A stretch of DNA of 64,000 nt, taken from the NCBI GenBank assembly GCA_934130045.1, contig CAKOXI010000004.1, positions 32 to 64,031 on the forward strand. Direction: 5' to 3'. Shown here piece after piece: positions 19,263 to 27,597 of the stretch. The notes below the pieces were generated by a model. That model had not been told where the DNA came from. It saw only the letters and a list, made by a program, of their open reading frames with translations, and ran no database searches. Origin of the DNA: an uncultured Bacilli bacterium (GTDB taxonomy: Bacteria > Bacillota_I > Bacilli_A > RF39 > UBA660). A program made the translations under genes and the position numbers. Position 1 is the first letter of the stretch; each line of letters begins with the position of its first letter.

Positions 19263-19434
19263 TGATTAATTATTATTGAATTTTTTAAAAATGAATATTC
19301 CATTTTTATATAAATAAGTGAAAAAACTCGAAAAATTTTTTCTTTATGTTAATATATATGTAGCAAGAAATACTTGCATAAAATAAAAAGAAACACTTAA
19401 TATTAGCATGTTGGGTGTTGTCTATGTTTTGGTT

Positions 19435-19469
19435 TCACCTAAATCAATGCCGAGTTAGGTGATTTTTTT
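19435..19469 (+). terminator. orphan rho-independent terminator
   Basis: TCACCTAA-atcaatgccgag-TTAGGTGA hairpin followed by TTTTTTT. There is no annotated gene directly upstream. Confidence 0.6.
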
Positions 19470-19573
19470 GTTTAGATTAATACTATAAATATTAAAATAT
19501 TTTTACACTTAATTTTAAGTACGTACTATCTAAAATTATTATATAAATGTATAATAGTATTGGAGGAAATAGT

Positions 19574-19768
19574 ATGGTAGATTGTCTAGTTGAATATATA
19601 GTTTCTTTATTTAATAATAAACGAAAAATTATAACGATAAAAAACCTTAAAAATGATGGTATTGTAAGTAAAAAATTATATTCAGTATTACCAACTAAGG
19701 TTGAATACTCTTTAACTAATAAAGGTAATGATTTTAAAATTGTTGTAGCTGTTAGTGATAGCGTTTAG
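19574..19768 (+). pseudogene. degenerate HxlR-like regulator (HTH portion deleted)
   Basis: GGAGG RBS. Only the C-terminal wing signature (NDGIVSKKLYSVLPTKVEYSLTNKG) is kept. At 64 aa it is too short for a functional wHTH. Confidence 0.4.
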
Positions 19769-19789
19769 ATTAAAATATAAGGATAAAAA

Positions 19790-20680
19790 ATGATATTAAA
19801 TGTAAGCGGTAGAACAGATATAGTAGCATTTTATACAGAATGGTTTATGAATAGATATAGAGCAGGTTTTGTGGATGTAAGAAATCCATTTAATCCTAAT
19901 CTAGTAAATAGAATAAATTTTGATGATGTAGATGCCATTTTATTTTGTACTAAAAATCCTACACCAATTTTAAAATATATAAAAGAAATAGAAAAACCGA
20001 TATTATTCCATGTAACATTAACAGCGTACAAAACTGATATTGAACCAAATGTACCACCTAAAGGACAAATAATTGAAGCAATAAAAAAATTATCCCAATT
20101 AATTGGAAAAGATAATATAGTAATAAGATATGATCCAGTATTTATAAGTCCTAAATATAGCCTTGAATATCATACAAAAGCATTTGAAAAATTATGTAGC
20201 TTACTTGAATGTTATGTTAGTAAAATATTAATTTCCTTTATAGATGATTATAAAAATGTTAGAAAAAATGAAAAAACTTTAAATTATAAAGCATTTACCG
20301 AAAATGATTATAAAACAATAGGGGAAAATTTTAGTAAGAGTGCTAGAAAACACGGACTTATTGTTCATACATGTTTTGAAGATAGAAATCTAACTGAGTA
20401 TGGATTTTCTAAGGATGAGTGTTTATCTCATACATTAGCATATAAATTAACTGGTAAAATATATAAGGAAGAATGGACTGCAAGAAAAATGCGAAAATGT
20501 CATTGTGTAAAAATGGTTGATATTGGAGTATATAATTCTTGTAAGCACTTTTGTAAGTATTGTTATGCTAACTTTGATGAAAAAAAAGTAAATGAAAATT
20601 ACAAAATGCATAATCCAAATTCATCATTGTTAATAGGTGAATTAAAGGAGACAGACGTAATAAAAGAAAGAATAAAATAA
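19790..20680 (+). CDS. DUF1848 domain protein (C-terminal Fe-S-like cysteine cluster)
   Basis: The N-terminus SGRTDIVAFYTEWFMNRYRAGFVDVRNPFNP and the C-terminal CHCVKMVDIGVYNSCKHFCKYCYAN match my memory of DUF1848. Confidence 0.65.
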   Translation: MILNVSGRTDIVAFYTEWFMNRYRAGFVDVRNPFNPNLVNRINFDDVDAILFCTKNPTPILKYIKEIEKPILFHVTLTAYKTDIEPNVPPKGQIIEAIKKLSQLIGKDNIVIRYDPVFISPKYSLEYHTKAFEKLCSLLECYVSKILISFIDDYKNVRKNEKTLNYKAFTENDYKTIGENFSKSARKHGLIVHTCFEDRNLTEYGFSKDECLSHTLAYKLTGKIYKEEWTARKMRKCHCVKMVDIGVYNSCKHFCKYCYANFDEKKVNENYKMHNPNSSLLIGELKETDVIKERIK

Positions 20681-20688
20681 TTGATAAT

Positions 20689-20709
20689 AGATAAATTATT
20701 TATCTTTTT
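20689..20709 (+). terminator. rho-independent terminator
   Basis: AGATAAAT/ATTTATCT inverted repeat followed by TTTT. Confidence 0.5.
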
Positions 20710-20744
20710 GTGTTATAATATTATTAATTTATGAGGGTGATAAA

Positions 20745-20855
20745 ATGCTGGAAAATAAATTAGGAATTACTAATGAAATAGAGTTGTCAAAAGAAGAGGA
20801 AAGAATTACAAAATTAAAGGCATTAGAATTATTTGAAAAATTAATTACGGAATAG
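20745..20855 (+). pseudogene. N-terminal fragment of a Fic/DOC family gene
   Basis: The 36-codon ORF MLENKLGITNEIELSKEEERITKLKALELFEKLITE resembles the conserved N-terminus of Fic proteins. It stops before the Fic core (no HPFxxGNGR). Confidence 0.45.
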
Positions 20856-20968
20856 ATGTTAAAACAAATAATATAAAAAAATATTATCTATCATGAGTAA
20901 ATTATTATTTGTGATAGTATTTTATTTTTGATTAAAATTATTATACTTAATACAAAGGGGATATAGTA

Positions 20969-21757
20969 ATGGAATTAGTTAATTTAATGTACCGATATGT
21001 AAACAAGTTTATTAATAGCGAAGAATTATTTAATGAATTAAATAAAATTGAGATTAGTAAATATTCTGATGAGGATAAAAAGATTATTAATAAATTGATA
21101 GACGATGTTAAAAATATTAGAGAAAATATTCCTAATGAGATTGATGATGTGGAAAAAAACAGATTAAAACAAGTAGATGATTTACTAAATAAAATTGAAG
21201 TAGCAAAAGAACAAAATTTAGATAATTCAGATGAAAATTTAAAAAATTTTTTGGAAAAACAATATAATAATTTACTTGATGAAAAAAACAAAATAAAGGA
21301 TGGTGGTAGGTTATATAATGATATAGTAAGCATACTTACAAATAATTCTATAGTTAATAGATCTGCAAGTAATATGGATGATAAACAATTATTATTATTT
21401 ATCACTAAATACATAAAAGCCCCAAAACCTCCAATTATAGATCAAGAAAATTTTAATGATTTAGTAAATGCAGGGATTGAGGATGATAAAAGAGAAGCAT
21501 TGTGGAGATTAGCAGTTAATTATAATAATAAAATGGATTTTACTTTAATTGAAGATTACTTTATCAAAAAAAGAGATGCTTATTATTTAATAGAATTAAT
21601 TAGTGCAACTGATAATATAGATTTAGATAAATTAGTAGATAGAGTAGTAGCTACTTGTGATAGAACTTTTATGAATGATTTAGCAAATAGAGCGTTAGAA
21701 TTAGGAATTTTTACTAAGGATGATATTATAAGGATAAAGAATAAATATAATTTATAA
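20969..21757 (+). CDS. hypothetical protein (helical, acidic)
   Basis: GGGGA RBS and normal K/E/D/N-rich composition. The overlapping minus-strand ORF (20947-21414) is L/S/F/I-rich antisense shadow. Confidence 0.6.
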   Translation: MELVNLMYRYVNKFINSEELFNELNKIEISKYSDEDKKIINKLIDDVKNIRENIPNEIDDVEKNRLKQVDDLLNKIEVAKEQNLDNSDENLKNFLEKQYNNLLDEKNKIKDGGRLYNDIVSILTNNSIVNRSASNMDDKQLLLFITKYIKAPKPPIIDQENFNDLVNAGIEDDKREALWRLAVNYNNKMDFTLIEDYFIKKRDAYYLIELISATDNIDLDKLVDRVVATCDRTFMNDLANRALELGIFTKDDIIRIKNKYNL

Positions 21758-21780
21758 AATAATATGAAAGAAGATAAACT

Positions 21781-22269
21781 ATGAATAAAAAGGAAGTATA
21801 TGAATTTATAAATAAAAGAAATATATGGTATGAAATAACAGAACATGAAGCAGTTTTTAGTATGAACGAATTATCAAAAGTTAAAGTTCCATATCCAGAA
21901 TATGATGCTAAAAATTTATTTGTTTGCGATGATAAAAAAAGAAATTATTATCTTATAACTGTTAGAGGTAATAAGAGAGTTGATTTAAAAAAATTTAGAG
22001 AAAAAAATAATACTCGTACTTTAAGTTTTGCTTCTCCTTGTGATTTAGAAAGTATTTTAAATTTAAAACCTGGTTCAGTAACACCATTTGGATTATTAAA
22101 CGATAAAGAATTAAAGGTTCAATTTTTTCTTGATAAAGAATTTCTTGATGACAAGAAAATAATAGGAATACATCCAAATGATAATACTGCAACAATTTGG
22201 TTAAAAACTTGTGATTTAATAGAAATTATAAAAGAAAATGGAAACCAAATTAATATTGTGGAAATATAA
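21781..22269 (+). CDS. prolyl-tRNA synthetase-associated (YbaK/ProX-type) trans-editing domain protein
   Basis: 162 aa. The layout (YEITEHEAVFSMNE...KNLFVCDDKKRNYYLITV...GSVTPFGL...HPNDNTATIWL) is typical of the ProX/PrdX family. Confidence 0.7.
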   Translation: MNKKEVYEFINKRNIWYEITEHEAVFSMNELSKVKVPYPEYDAKNLFVCDDKKRNYYLITVRGNKRVDLKKFREKNNTRTLSFASPCDLESILNLKPGSVTPFGLLNDKELKVQFFLDKEFLDDKKIIGIHPNDNTATIWLKTCDLIEIIKENGNQINIVEI

Positions 22270-22305
22270 TTTAATAATACTATAAAGATATTATGTGAGG
22301 TATAT

Positions 22306-22394
22306 ATGAATAAGTACTAATTAAAAATATAGATAAAATTCATACAACTGTATTAGGAGTTGATAGAATTAATAAATTTGTAGGTGTTATATGA
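22306..22394 (+). pseudogene. remnant of a DUF3781-like gene
   Basis: ATG-AAT-AAG-TAC-TAA, then in another frame KNIDKIHTTVLGVDRINKF. The motif IHTTxLGxxRIxxN is the conserved start of DUF3781 proteins as I recall. It ends at the tag start codon. Confidence 0.35.
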
Positions 22395-22933
22395 TTAGAT
22401 GTAAGTGGTGTAATTTAGATAATAAAAAATATGTAGATTATCATGATAATGAATGGGGGATACTTAATTTAGATGATTCGTATTTATTTGAAATGCTTAT
22501 TTTAGAATCATTTCAAGCTGGATTATCTTGGGAATGTGTTTTAAATAAAAGGGATAATTTTAGATTGTGTTATGATAATTTTAATTTAGATAAAATAATT
22601 AATTATGATGATAAAAAAATAGATGAATTATTACAAAATAAAGGTATTATTAGAAATAAATTAAAAATAAAGATGAGTATTAATAATGCTAAAATATTTA
22701 AAGAAATACAAACTGAGTTTGGTTCTTTTAGTAATTATTTAAATAGTTTTACTAAAGGTAAAATAATATATGAATTAAATTTAACACATTCTAAATTATC
22801 TGATGATATTTCAAAAAATTTAATGAGTCGTGGTATGAAATTTGTAGGAACAACAATAATATATTCTTACCTTCAAGCAATAGGAATTATTTATTCTCAT
22901 GACAGAGAATGTTTTAAATATAGAAAAAAATAA
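22391..22933 (+). CDS. tag: DNA-3-methyladenine glycosylase I
   Basis: RCKWCNLD...YHDNEWG...LFEMLILESFQAGLSWECVLNKRDNF is the canonical Tag signature. 180 aa. Confidence 0.9.
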   Translation: MIRCKWCNLDNKKYVDYHDNEWGILNLDDSYLFEMLILESFQAGLSWECVLNKRDNFRLCYDNFNLDKIINYDDKKIDELLQNKGIIRNKLKIKMSINNAKIFKEIQTEFGSFSNYLNSFTKGKIIYELNLTHSKLSDDISKNLMSRGMKFVGTTIIYSYLQAIGIIYSHDRECFKYRKK

Positions 22934-22991
22934 TTATAAATGTTATAATTTTGTATATGTAATTTTAAATAAAAATACTAAGGGTGATAAT

Positions 22992-23645
22992 ATGTTAACT
23001 AATTTAAAAAAAATCATAATAAATAATTATAAATTGATAATTTTCTTTATATGTTTGATTCTTTTTCTTGCACTAGCTGAAGATGTTTTTAATCACGATA
23101 TAATGAATGGTGATATTATTGGATATAATTTAATTTCAAAATATTTAATTAGTGATTCTATGACTGTAGTTATGAAATTTATTACTTGGTTTGGTAGTGC
23201 CATTTGCATTGGTTCACTAACTATAATATTATTTATTTTATTAAAAAATAAAAAAATTGGTATTTTAATTTTTGCTAATTTAGTAATTGTAACAATATTA
23301 AATCAATTACTTAAGTTTATTTTAGCGCGCCCTAGACCTAGTGAATATAGAATTATTAATGAAACTGGTTATAGTTTTCCTTCAGGACATTCAATGGTAA
23401 GTATGGCTTTTTATGGATTTTTAATCTATCTAATTTATAAATATGTAGGAAACAAATATTTAAAATTGACTTTAATGATATTATTATTTTTATTAATTAT
23501 TTTAATAGGTATTAGTAGAATATATTTAGGTGTTCATTATACAAGTGATGTAATTGCGGGATTTTTAGTAGCTATTTCTTATTTAATACTATATATAAAT
23601 ATATCTAAAAAGTTAGTATTTAATAAAATCGATATTAAGTGTTAA
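22992..23645 (+). CDS. PAP2 family lipid phosphate phosphatase (BcrC/undecaprenyl-diphosphatase-like)
   Basis: Start revised to the ATG at 22992. PAP2 motifs KFILARPRP, SFPSGHS and SRIYLGVHYTSDV are present. Confidence 0.85.
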   Translation: MLTNLKKIIINNYKLIIFFICLILFLALAEDVFNHDIMNGDIIGYNLISKYLISDSMTVVMKFITWFGSAICIGSLTIILFILLKNKKIGILIFANLVIVTILNQLLKFILARPRPSEYRIINETGYSFPSGHSMVSMAFYGFLIYLIYKYVGNKYLKLTLMILLFLLIILIGISRIYLGVHYTSDVIAGFLVAISYLILYINISKKLVFNKIDIKC

Positions 23646-23750
23646 TATATTATGAAAATTTTTTAAAGTTTTCATAATATAATTTGTTTTGTTTTAATTG
23701 TTATAAAAATTCTTATATGATATAATTAGTTAGAATAAAGTAGGTGATTT

Positions 23751-25619
23751 ATGCTTAGTTCTATTTTTTATTTATTATCAGTTATTTTATTAATGATTGT
23801 ATTTTTGATTTTTCCTAAATCCTATAAAAAACAGAATATTTTGAAATGGATTATTATTTTTAATATATTACTTTTTTGCTATAATTCTATAATAGTATTT
23901 ATATTAAGTAGTATAAATATACCAAGTTATTTATATATACTTTTGGTTTGTAATTTAATTGTATCTTTAATTTTATTTTTATTAATGAAAGATAAAAAAA
24001 CTTATCAAACTTATTATTTTAATATTAAAGATTTTATATTTCTTATTATTTTATTAGTTCTTACACTTTTTATTTTTTATATAAGATTTGGATTTAATTT
24101 TAACATTTCTTATGAAACAAGTGATAGTGGTATTCATTTTTTAACAGCTAAAGAATTTTTTAATCATTCTTATTTATTAAATAAAGTTGTTGATAAAACA
24201 GTGGTTGATTTTAGTACAAGACAGTTTGCCTCTTATGTAAATTTAGGTATTCTTTTTAAGGTATTTAATCCATTTATTGGTACATTTAATTTATATAAAA
24301 TTTATATTTTATTTGATATGATTATGTTATTTTTAGGTGGAGCTATATTTTATTTTTTATTTTCTGCAAACAAAAAAAATAATTTTTTTATATCTTTATT
24401 TGGTACAATAATTTATTTAATTGGATATCCTTTAAATAGTGTTTTATTCGGATTTTTTTATTTAGGACATTCAATTACTATAATTTCTTTAATTTTTTTA
24501 TTGTATGATTCTTATTTTAATAAATATATAGATAGAAATTTTAATATGGTTTTAATATTTATTTCAATGTTGACACTTTTTTTTACATATTATTTTTTTG
24601 TTCCTATTATTTATGGGGGATTATTTATATTTCAAATTTATAAAATAGTTAAAAATAAAGAAAAGCTAATTTCTAAAAACAATTTAGTGTTTATGTTTTT
24701 TTTGTATATATTACCTTGTGTAATAGGAAGTTTGTATTTTATAATTCCAAATATTGGTAATAGTAATCAAAATATTTTTACACAAATATCTTTAGATGGT
24801 CTATGTTTTATTGATATTTATAATTTTTTTACTATATTTTTACCAATTATTTTATTATATTTTGTTAAGGTGATAAAAAATAAGAATTTAACTTTTGATA
24901 TTTTTATTTATATATGTTCAATTTTATTTTTAATTTTATTAATTATTTTATTTTTTAATAATTTAGTAAGTATATATTATTTATCAAAAATTTATTATTT
25001 ATTATGGTTTATACAATTTTATATGATTTTAAAATTCTATGTTGAGTATTATGATTTAGTAAAAATAGAATTAACTATATATTTTATATTTTTCTTATTT
25101 TGTGTTATAATGTCTTGTAGTGGGGTAGATGTTGTTTTAAAAAATAAAACAGCTAATTATAATTCTTTTAATTATCATCCAGTTATAAGTATTTATAATG
25201 ATAATATGAAAAAAATTTATAATCCAACTATTATTTTTACAAATAATGAATTAGTTTGTCTTAAAAGTATATATGAAAAAAATATTAAAAATGTTGACAC
25301 TAATTTAGTAGGATTTTCTAAAACTTGGATTTTTGCTTTTTTTCAAAATAATAGAATTGATTATCCTGAAAATCAAATATATGATTATATAAGTGATAAT
25401 TTTTATATTAATACTAAAAGTGATTTTTACTTTACTGATAAATCAGTAAATGGCTTGCTGTTTTTTAGAGATGATCTTTTAGCTTATGATTACTATGGTC
25501 ATGATAAAATAAAAGAATCTAGAATAGATGAATTTAATCAAAGGATTAGTTTATGTAGTGATTGTTCTATTTATAAATATGATGATTTTTGGTATGTTAC
25601 AAATATAAAAGAGGAGTGA
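23751..25619 (+). CDS. large polytopic membrane protein with C-terminal soluble domain (possible GT-C-like envelope glycosyl/polymer transferase)
   Basis: 622 aa. I count 12 or more hydrophobic helices over the first ~460 aa, then a soluble tail of ~150 aa. The family was not recognised. Confidence 0.5.
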   Translation: MLSSIFYLLSVILLMIVFLIFPKSYKKQNILKWIIIFNILLFCYNSIIVFILSSINIPSYLYILLVCNLIVSLILFLLMKDKKTYQTYYFNIKDFIFLIILLVLTLFIFYIRFGFNFNISYETSDSGIHFLTAKEFFNHSYLLNKVVDKTVVDFSTRQFASYVNLGILFKVFNPFIGTFNLYKIYILFDMIMLFLGGAIFYFLFSANKKNNFFISLFGTIIYLIGYPLNSVLFGFFYLGHSITIISLIFLLYDSYFNKYIDRNFNMVLIFISMLTLFFTYYFFVPIIYGGLFIFQIYKIVKNKEKLISKNNLVFMFFLYILPCVIGSLYFIIPNIGNSNQNIFTQISLDGLCFIDIYNFFTIFLPIILLYFVKVIKNKNLTFDIFIYICSILFLILLIILFFNNLVSIYYLSKIYYLLWFIQFYMILKFYVEYYDLVKIELTIYFIFFLFCVIMSCSGVDVVLKNKTANYNSFNYHPVISIYNDNMKKIYNPTIIFTNNELVCLKSIYEKNIKNVDTNLVGFSKTWIFAFFQNNRIDYPENQIYDYISDNFYINTKSDFYFTDKSVNGLLFFRDDLLAYDYYGHDKIKESRIDEFNQRISLCSDCSIYKYDDFWYVTNIKEE

Positions 25620-25623
25620 AAAA

Positions 25624-26736
25624 ATGAAAAAAATTTTATTATCTATTTTTACATGTCTATTTTTGTTTACTGGTTGTGGAGCTAATGAAGTAAAAAAAGA
25701 TTATTCTTTTAAAAATGATTTTGAATACAAAACTGAAACAAGTAAAAATCGTATTTCAATGATTACTGCTGGGGATGCATTAATTCATAGTTCTGTATAT
25801 CAAGATGCTTTTATATCTGGAAATAGTTATGATTTTAAAAAAATGATTCCTTCAATAAAAAATTTAGTTTCTAATTATGATTTAAAATATTATAATCAGG
25901 AAACAATTATAGGGGGAAAGGATTTAGGAGTTTCTACATATCCTTGTTTTAATTCTCCTGATGAAATTGCTGATGCGATGCTTGATGCTGGATTTAATAT
26001 GGTAAGTTTAGCAAATAATCATACTCTTGATAGAGGAGAAAAAGCTATTTTATATTCTACTGGTAGTTATTGGAGTAGTAAGGATGTAATGGTAGCAGGA
26101 AGTTATGATTCATTTACAAATAGGGATAGAATTAATGTAAAAGAAATGAATGGTATTAAATATACTATGTTATCATATACAACTAATACTAATGGTATTA
26201 ATACACCTAGTGGTAAGGATTATTTGGTTAACAGATATGATCCTGAACAGGTAAAAAAAGATATTGAAGCTGTAAAACCTTATACAGATGTTATAATTGT
26301 TGCTATGCACTGGGGAGAGGAATATACAGCAACACCTGTAAGTAGTCAAAAGCAAATTGCTGAGTATTTATCAAGTTTGGGTGTAAATGTAATTATAGGA
26401 ACTCATCCTCATGTTATTGAGCCGATAGAGTATATTGGTGATACTTTAGTTATTTATTCTTTAGGTAATTTTATTTCAGCACAAATTGGAATTGATAGAT
26501 TAGTTGGAGCAATGGTTTCTTATGATATTGTAAAAAATAGTGATAATAGTATTAAGATAGAAAATGTAAAGGCTAATTTAATTTATACTTATTACAATAA
26601 TTTTAGAAATTATTATGTGTATCCTTTTCAAGAATTGAATACAGATATTCTACCTAATTATGTTTCTTTATATGAAAAATATTCTAATATAATTAAAATG
26701 TATGATCAAAATATTGAGGTTGTTCCTTTAGTATGA
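25624..26736 (+). CDS. CapA/PgsA family metallophosphatase-like lipoprotein
   Basis: Lipobox FTGC. Motifs [32 protein letters not shown] and YSLGNFIS. Confidence 0.8.
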   Translation: MKKILLSIFTCLFLFTGCGANEVKKDYSFKNDFEYKTETSKNRISMITAGDALIHSSVYQDAFISGNSYDFKKMIPSIKNLVSNYDLKYYNQETIIGGKDLGVSTYPCFNSPDEIADAMLDAGFNMVSLANNHTLDRGEKAILYSTGSYWSSKDVMVAGSYDSFTNRDRINVKEMNGIKYTMLSYTTNTNGINTPSGKDYLVNRYDPEQVKKDIEAVKPYTDVIIVAMHWGEEYTATPVSSQKQIAEYLSSLGVNVIIGTHPHVIEPIEYIGDTLVIYSLGNFISAQIGIDRLVGAMVSYDIVKNSDNSIKIENVKANLIYTYYNNFRNYYVYPFQELNTDILPNYVSLYEKYSNIIKMYDQNIEVVPLV

Positions 26737-27182
26737 TAGAAATAAAAAATAGAAAAGCTAGTTTTGATTATGAGATTATTGAAACATATGAAGCAGGTAT
26801 TGTTTTAAATGGAACTGAAATTAAATCAATTCGTGGCGGACATGCTAATTTAAAGGATTGTTATGCAATCGTAAAAAATAATGAAATTTTTATATTGAAT
26901 ATGCATATAAGTAAATATAAAGAAGGTAATATTTTTAATCATGATGAGCTAAGAACTAGAAAGTTACTTTTGCACAAAAAAGAAATTTATAAATTACGTG
27001 ATTACGTATCTTTAGATGGGTATACTTTAATTCCTTTAAAGGCTTATTTTAAGAATAATAAAGTTAAAATTCTTTTAGGTGTTTGTAGGGGAAGAAAAAA
27101 TTATGATAAAAGGGAAGTATTAAAAAGAAGGGATATTGAAAAAGAAGTAAAAAAACAATATAAATATTTAAAAATTAAGTAA
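26733..27182 (+). CDS. smpB: SsrA-binding protein
   Basis: [30 protein letters not shown]...[12 protein letters not shown] is a canonical SmpB sequence. ATGA overlap with the CapA-like gene. Confidence 0.95.
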   Translation: MIEIKNRKASFDYEIIETYEAGIVLNGTEIKSIRGGHANLKDCYAIVKNNEIFILNMHISKYKEGNIFNHDELRTRKLLLHKKEIYKLRDYVSLDGYTLIPLKAYFKNNKVKILLGVCRGRKNYDKREVLKRRDIEKEVKKQYKYLKIK

Positions 27183-27217
27183 ATTTTATATAAAATAATA
27201 GTTTGTATATAATAATA

Positions 27218-27269
27218 TTGACTATTATTTTTATTTTGTATATAATATGAATATATGAACATATAATCA
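27218..27269 (+). promoter_or_regulatory. sigma-A promoter plus ArsR/SmtB-type operator
   Basis: TTGACT, 17 nt, TATAAT. Immediately after comes the imperfect inverted repeat TGAATATAT-GAAC-ATATAATCA (27248-27269), upstream of the ArsR-family gene. Confidence 0.6.
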
Positions 27270-27285
27270 TATAAAAGGAGAAGTT

Positions 27286-27597
27286 ATGACCACACATAGT
27301 AAAGAATTATTATTTGGATTAAGCGAATTTTTTAAAATATTTGGTGATGCTACTAGATTAAGAATTTTGGATGTATTGTTAAATGGAGAAAAGTGTGTTA
27401 ATGAAATATCTGAAATCTTAGAAGTTAGTCAATCTGCTATATCACATCAATTAAAAAATTTGCGTTCATCTAATTTAGTAAAAACAGAAAAAATTGGAAA
27501 ATTAGTGAAATATTCTATTGCAGATGATCATATTAAAATAATTTTAAAGTATGGTTTAGAACATATTAAGGAGGAAATAGGAAATGAAAAAATTTGA
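27286..27597 (+). CDS. ArsR/SmtB family metalloregulator
   Basis: FKIFGDATRLRILDVLLNGEKCVNEISEILEVSQSAISHQLKNLR is the canonical ArsR wHTH. 103 aa. Confidence 0.9.
   Translation: MTTHSKELLFGLSEFFKIFGDATRLRILDVLLNGEKCVNEISEILEVSQSAISHQLKNLRSSNLVKTEKIGKLVKYSIADDHIKIILKYGLEHIKEEIGNEKI

Noticed and set aside
20947-21414. 155-aa minus-strand ORF overlapping the 262-aa + strand ORF.
   Set aside because: The + strand ORF has a GGGGA RBS and normal charged composition. The minus ORF is L/S/F/I-rich, which is typical of the antisense of K/E/N-rich AT-rich genes.
27183-27285. Looked for a tmRNA (ssrA) gene next to smpB.
   Set aside because: The spacer is only ~100 nt, is AT-rich, and is occupied by the ArsR promoter/operator. 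There is no tRNA-like acceptor/T-arm sequence and no tag reading frame.
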